Of a DNA stretch of 64,000 bases, positions 59,126 through 64,000 are shown piece after piece. A program made the translations under genes and the position numbers. The DNA is from Octopus vulgaris (taxonomy: Eukaryota). The notes beneath the pieces were generated by a model. It ran no database searches and was not told the DNA's origin. It saw only the letters and a program-made list of their open reading frames with translations. Numbering within the stretch: the first letter of the stretch is position 1; every line of letters starts with the position of its first letter. Location of the stretch: assembly GCA_951406725.2 (NCBI GenBank), contig OX597818.1, positions 36,456,001 through 36,520,000 on the forward strand. Reading direction: 5' to 3'.

Positions 59126-59194
59126 GGAATATTATTTACATTATTTACACTATTTACATTCGTTGGATATTTGTTCTCATCTTGTTTGTTGTTA

Positions 59195-59238
59195 ACCCAA
59201 CGTTTCGGCTGATATACCCTCCAGCCTTCTTCAGGCGT
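59195..59238 (-). ncRNA. Minimal type I hammerhead ribozyme (family F)
   Basis: Minus: ACGC-CTGAAGA-A-GGCTG-GAGGGTATAT-CAGCC-GAAA-CG-TT^-GGGT; core intact, one stem I mismatch. Confidence 0.75.
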
Positions 59239-59323
59239 CTTGGGGAAATTTCGAACCTGGTTTCTCATTCCTAAGGTATTCTTCGATGTTATTATTATTA
59301 CTAATATTATTATTATTATTATT

Positions 59324-61582
59324 CAGTAGTTTTATTTTTATAGCGTACTTTCACTTCACTAACGAGCGCAGCTCTGTGTGCCTTGGGTATGTGTTGTGAT
59401 TTGTTGTGGTGTTCTGATGGTTACTGTATTGAAAGTGTTCTGCGTAGGATGTGTGCAGTGCCTAGTAGTTTGTAAGTCCTGGTGTTTTTATTATGTATTT
59501 GTCTGAATATTTTTTATCATGCCTAATGCACCTACTATGATAGGAATTGTTTCTGTTTTTGGATTCCACATTCTAGTTACCTCTAGTTACTTCTAGTTTC
59601 TCCTTTTCTTTTAGATACACGTTGTCATCTGCTGGTATTGATACATCAATTAGAAAGCATTATTTTTTCTTCATGATCTCTGACAACTATATCTGGTCTG
59701 TTGGCTTTAATTTCCCTATCTGTGTGTATTGGCATATCCCAAAGTATGGTTGCTTTCTCGTTTTCTGTGACCTTTTCTAGTGTAAGCCTATACCATCTTT
59801 TTTCTGTTGTTATTCCATTATGTTGGCATAGCTTCCAGTGTATGTAGCTCCCAACTCTGTTGTGTCTATGAATATATTCCTTCTTAGCCAGGACTGGGCA
59901 GCCACAGATAATATGATTTATTGTTTCTTGTCCTTCTCCAAATATTCTGCAGTTACTTGTTATATTTCTTTTCATTACATGTTTTTGGTAATTTCTGGTG
60001 AGGAGGCTTTGGTCTTGTGCTGCAATTAAAAATCCTCTGTCTCTGCTTTGAGTCCTGAGCTTCTCAACCATTGCTGGGATTTTTCTTTTTCTATTTCTTT
60101 TGCATTTAGTTTAGTCCAGTATTTGCCATGAAGGGGCTTTTCTTGCCATCGTTTTATCATGGTTTTTTGCTGTTCTAGTTTTATTTTGGATTTCATTTGT
60201 TTTATAGCTTTTGTTTCTTCTTCTTCTTCTTCTTCTTCTTCTTCTTCTTCTTCTTCTTCTTCTTCTTCTTCTTCTTCTTCTTCTTCTTCTTCTTCTTCTT
60301 CTTCTTCATATTTATTAGGTGGTATGATTTCTTGTTTGTATTTGTCAGCTTCCTTAAATACTGAGAACAATTTATTCTTTTGCTCGTGTTTTACCGCTAT
60401 TTGTATCAGTTTTCCTTGCTTCTGAAGTAGGTATTTTTGCAGTCTATGGTGGTTATTTTATTATAGTTTTCCAACTTTATAAGGCCTCCACCACCTTCTA
60501 TACGTTGTATATATAGCCTTTCTGTGTCAGATTTTGGGTGATGCATCCTAGGTCCTGTCATTATTTTTCTTGTTTTCCTATCTATTTTGGTTCGTTCATT
60601 TAGCGTCCAGTTAAGGATATTGTAGCTGTAACTTAAAACTAGGACGGCTAAAGTGTTAATACCTATTATCTTGTTTTTAGCATTGAGCTCTGTTTTTAGT
60701 ATTGATCTAACTCGACTATAGTATTCTTTCTTTATTTTCTCTATCATTTGTGTGTGTTGTGTCTTATCTAGTTCATCTTATCTAATTCCTAAGTATTTGT
60801 AAGTTTGGCTTTGGTCTAATTCTCTTATTTCATTGACTTTATCTATTGTGATGTTGCTACTCTTAAATAGTTTTCCTTTTTTCAGGGTTACTTTGGCGCA
60901 TTTTTTCTAATCCAAATTTCATATCTATTTCTTTGGTATATCCATGAACTGTCTTTAGTAGTGTTTCCAGCTGTTTGTCATTTGTAGCGTATAGTTTTAG
61001 GTCATCCATGTATAACAGGTGGCTGATCTTTTTGCCGTAACATTTATATCCGCATCCAGTTCTATTTAGCATATCAGATAGTGGTGACAGTGCCAAGCAG
61101 AAAAGGAGTGGAGAGAGCGTGTCTCCCTGGAATATTCCTCTTCTAATGGGGGTGGCTTTGGTTTTCACGAGTCCCTCTTTTGTTTGGAGCAGTAGCACTG
61201 TCTGTCATTTATTCATAGAGTGTCCTATGTATTTTATAATTGTTGGTGCTACTTTGTTAATGGCTAGTGTTTCGAGGATCCATGTTTAGGGGATGCTATC
61301 AAACGCCTTTCTGTAGTCGATCCAGGCTATACTGAGGCCTTTCTTCTTTCTGTGGCTGTCATCAGTTATGGCTTTATTGATCATAAGTTGATCTTTATAG
61401 CCATATGAGCCTTTGCGGCATCCTTTCTGTTCTTCTGGAAACAGGTTGTTTTCGTCCAGGTGCTTGTTCAATCTTTGTGATATTACTACAGTAAATACTT
61501 TATACATAGTAGGGAGACAGGTTATAGGTCTGTAGTTTTCTGGTTTTGCTGTCTCATTGGATTTGGGAATTAAGATGGTTTT
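59324..61582 (-). mobile_element. 5'-truncated R4/Dong-type LINE (family 1) with RT, CCHC and REL domains, frameshifted
   Basis: KTILIPK..NYRPITCL, EQKGCR, WIDYRKAFDSIP, GIFQGDTLSPLLF, YMDDLKL, AAQDQSL, RPDIVV; (TAA)n on both sides. Confidence 0.95.
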
Positions 61583-61600
61583 ATTATTATTATTATTATT

Positions 61601-61697
<97 letters not shown>

Positions 61698-61712
61698 TTG
61701 CTGTTGTTGTTG

Positions 61713-61789
61713 TTCAGCTCACTTCTTGGAATCGAACTCGGAATCTTGGGGTTAGTAGCCCGCGCTTTTAACCACTACGCCATATGCCC
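61713..61789 (-). mobile_element. tRNA-like SINE head (not a functional tRNA)
   Basis: GGGCATATGGCGTAGTGGTTAAAAGCGCGGGCTACTAACCCCAAGATTCCGAGTTCGATTCCAAG; A and B boxes present, acceptor stem does not pair. Confidence 0.75.
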
Positions 61790-62341
61790 GTGAGCATATG
61801 GCGTAGAATGTAGTTAACAACAAACAAAATGAGGACAAATATCCATCGAATGTAAATGATGTACATAGTTCTTCATCTCTTAAATATATAACTGTATGTG
61901 TTGAAGAATTTGGTGAAACATGATGGGTAGTGAAGGACAGTGGTATGGAAGAATACAGTATGTTGAGCTGCGTGCTCAATTGTGGTTTGTCTTAAATTCT
62001 GGTGAACTCTGATGTGGAGGCTGTGATGTTGTGATATATGATGTAGTTTAATATGGTACTATGTGGTTGACTTTGGTGTGGCGTAAGAGGAAGACAGGGT
62101 TTTTAGAAATGAAGACTGTGCACTAGTTGACGGTAGTGTAGAATGGTTTGTTGAAAGCCCCTCTCGTGGACTGTGATGGATCGTAACGCAGAGGAGAGCA
62201 GCTCATTGTGGCGGAATGTGATGGTCTCTCGTTTTCTGTGCTATGGTCTGAAGGATTGGATTTCGGTGGAATACTGTTTGTTGCTTGAGGTGGCCAAAAT
62301 ACTACCAAAATATCAAAGTATCTGTCTATCTATACACATGC

Positions 62342-62382
<41 letters not shown>

Positions 62383-62387
<5 letters not shown>

Positions 62388-62480
62388 GACTTCACTAGGT
62401 GGTGCTATAAAGGTAGACATGGCCTGGACCAATACTGGCCAAAACCTACCGATGTATCACAGTATCTATCTATCTATCTA
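62383..62480 (+). repeat. Inverted copy of the CR1 3' UTR tail (smaller piece at 62291-62335)
   Basis: TAAATGACTTCACTAGGTGGTGCTAT...GGCCAAAACCTACC is the reverse complement of about 62700-62799. Confidence 0.85.
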
Positions 62481-62511
62481 TACACACACATATATATGCA
62501 TATATATACAT

Positions 62512-62546
<35 letters not shown>

Positions 62547-62554
62547 GTATACAG

Positions 62555-62616
<62 letters not shown>

Positions 62617-62636
62617 ATGCATATATATATGTGTGT

Positions 62637-62711
<75 letters not shown>

Positions 62712-62719
<8 letters not shown>

Positions 62720-63580
62720 CTTTGATACTTTGGTAGGTTTTGGCCAGTATTGGTCCAGGCCATGTCTAACTTAATAGCACCACCTGGTGAAGTCATTTAA
62801 ATCAGGATTCGGACACCATGGCCCACTCGAGTAGAGTTATTGTTTACCGAGGCATATCCGGGTGTAGGAGGTTTTTTCGGGATTTCTTGAAGGAATTTGT
62901 CCAAAGACTTCTTGAACTTTATGGGGTTTGTTTCTGCTTTAATGTTTTTCGGTGTAATGTTAAAGAGAGCAGGGCCAATTGAAGTGAAATAATCATGCCG
63001 TATCGTTGTTATGAGATGCGAGTGTGACTTACATTGTGGGCGGATAGTACAGGGCCCATACCTTGTGTGTACCTTAAAGGCGATGCCAGCATCATTTGGG
63101 TAATGCTGATGGAATATTTTCCACATCATGCTAATGATGCAGCACTCAAGGCGACTTTGGGGGAGAATAAATAATGAGCTTTTCTAGTTGACCCCAATAG
63201 TCAAGGCCTGTCATCCTGTCTAACTTTTTTGTAATTGACCTTTGAGATGCTTCCTCTTTCATGATACCAAAATGGGGTCGGGCGAAAATGGACAAGAGAA
63301 CGATAAGGGCGTTGATATCTCTCACCTGGAAACCTCTGAGTATCCAGGAACACAATATTTGGGCCATGTCAACTTTGCTGTTCATATGAGCGGCCCAGCT
63401 TATGTTGTTGTCCACAATTACTCCCAAGTCTCTGATGTTGTTGGATGCCATGAGAGTTTCATCCGAAGGAAGGGAGTATGGGAGTTTCAGGGTATCCTCT
63501 TTTCTGAAGAGGATTAACTCAAATTTATCCTCGTTCAACAGCGTATTGTTCTTTACCGCCCATTGGATGACAGCTGTACA
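62712..63580 (-). mobile_element. 5'-truncated CR1/L2-group LINE 3' fragment
   Basis: WAVKNNTLLNEDKF, IRDLGVIVDNNISW..H, RPH, QRSITK..GLDYWGQLEKL, GPALFN..P, FKKSLDKFL..IP..P..PGY; 3' UTR hairpin TGGCC..GGCCA plus AAAGTATC x2 tail. Confidence 0.9.
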
Positions 63581-63587
63581 TACATTT

Positions 63588-63620
<33 letters not shown>

Positions 63621-63783
63621 TTTATGTATATATATGTGTCCGTATACATATAACTATGTATGTATGTATGTATGTATGTATGTATGTATGTATGTGTTGC
63701 TCTTGAAATATTTATTACTTTCTGGCTATTTGAATTCTAATGTTGGGTAGATGGAGCGAGACTGAGAAACATTACTTCTTTGC

Positions 63784-63834
<51 letters not shown>

Positions 63835-63922
63835 ATACATATATATACATATATATTTGTATATATGTGCATATATCTATATGTAGATAGCCATAGATGT
63901 ATAAATATATATGTATGTATTT

Positions 63923-63980
<58 letters not shown>

Positions 63981-64000
63981 GTATGTATGTATGTGTAACT

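Noticed and set aside
61713-61789. Possible tRNA gene with ACT anticodon
   Set aside because: Acceptor and anticodon stems do not pair properly; it is a SINE-type head.

Overview
AT-rich, microsatellite-saturated eukaryotic DNA with no recognisable host protein-coding exon. The repeat families resemble those I associate with octopus/cephalopod genomes (inference). Content: many SINEs; about 10 copies of R4/Dong-type restriction-like-endonuclease (REL) LINEs sitting in (TAA)n tracts; a CR1-type LINE 3' fragment; a decayed Tc1/mariner; Penelope-like element (PLE) GIY-YIG remnants; one tRNA-Lys(CTT); a 2.4-kb 32-bp satellite; and a long strand-skewed low-complexity domain. Most ORFs in the track are microsatellite artefacts. 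The main hidden signal is a dense set of type I hammerhead ribozyme (HHR) motifs with palindromic stem III, in at least 5 unrelated short repeat families. These include a 200-nt tandem retrozyme-like dimer and a tRNA-headed, HHR-bearing SINE-like element split by a LINE. Also notable are a tRNA-Lys lying 36 nt from a CR1 3' tail and a 3'-UTR stem-loop conserved across diverged Dong-like LINE families. Coordinates were counted by eye; repeat boundaries are approximate.
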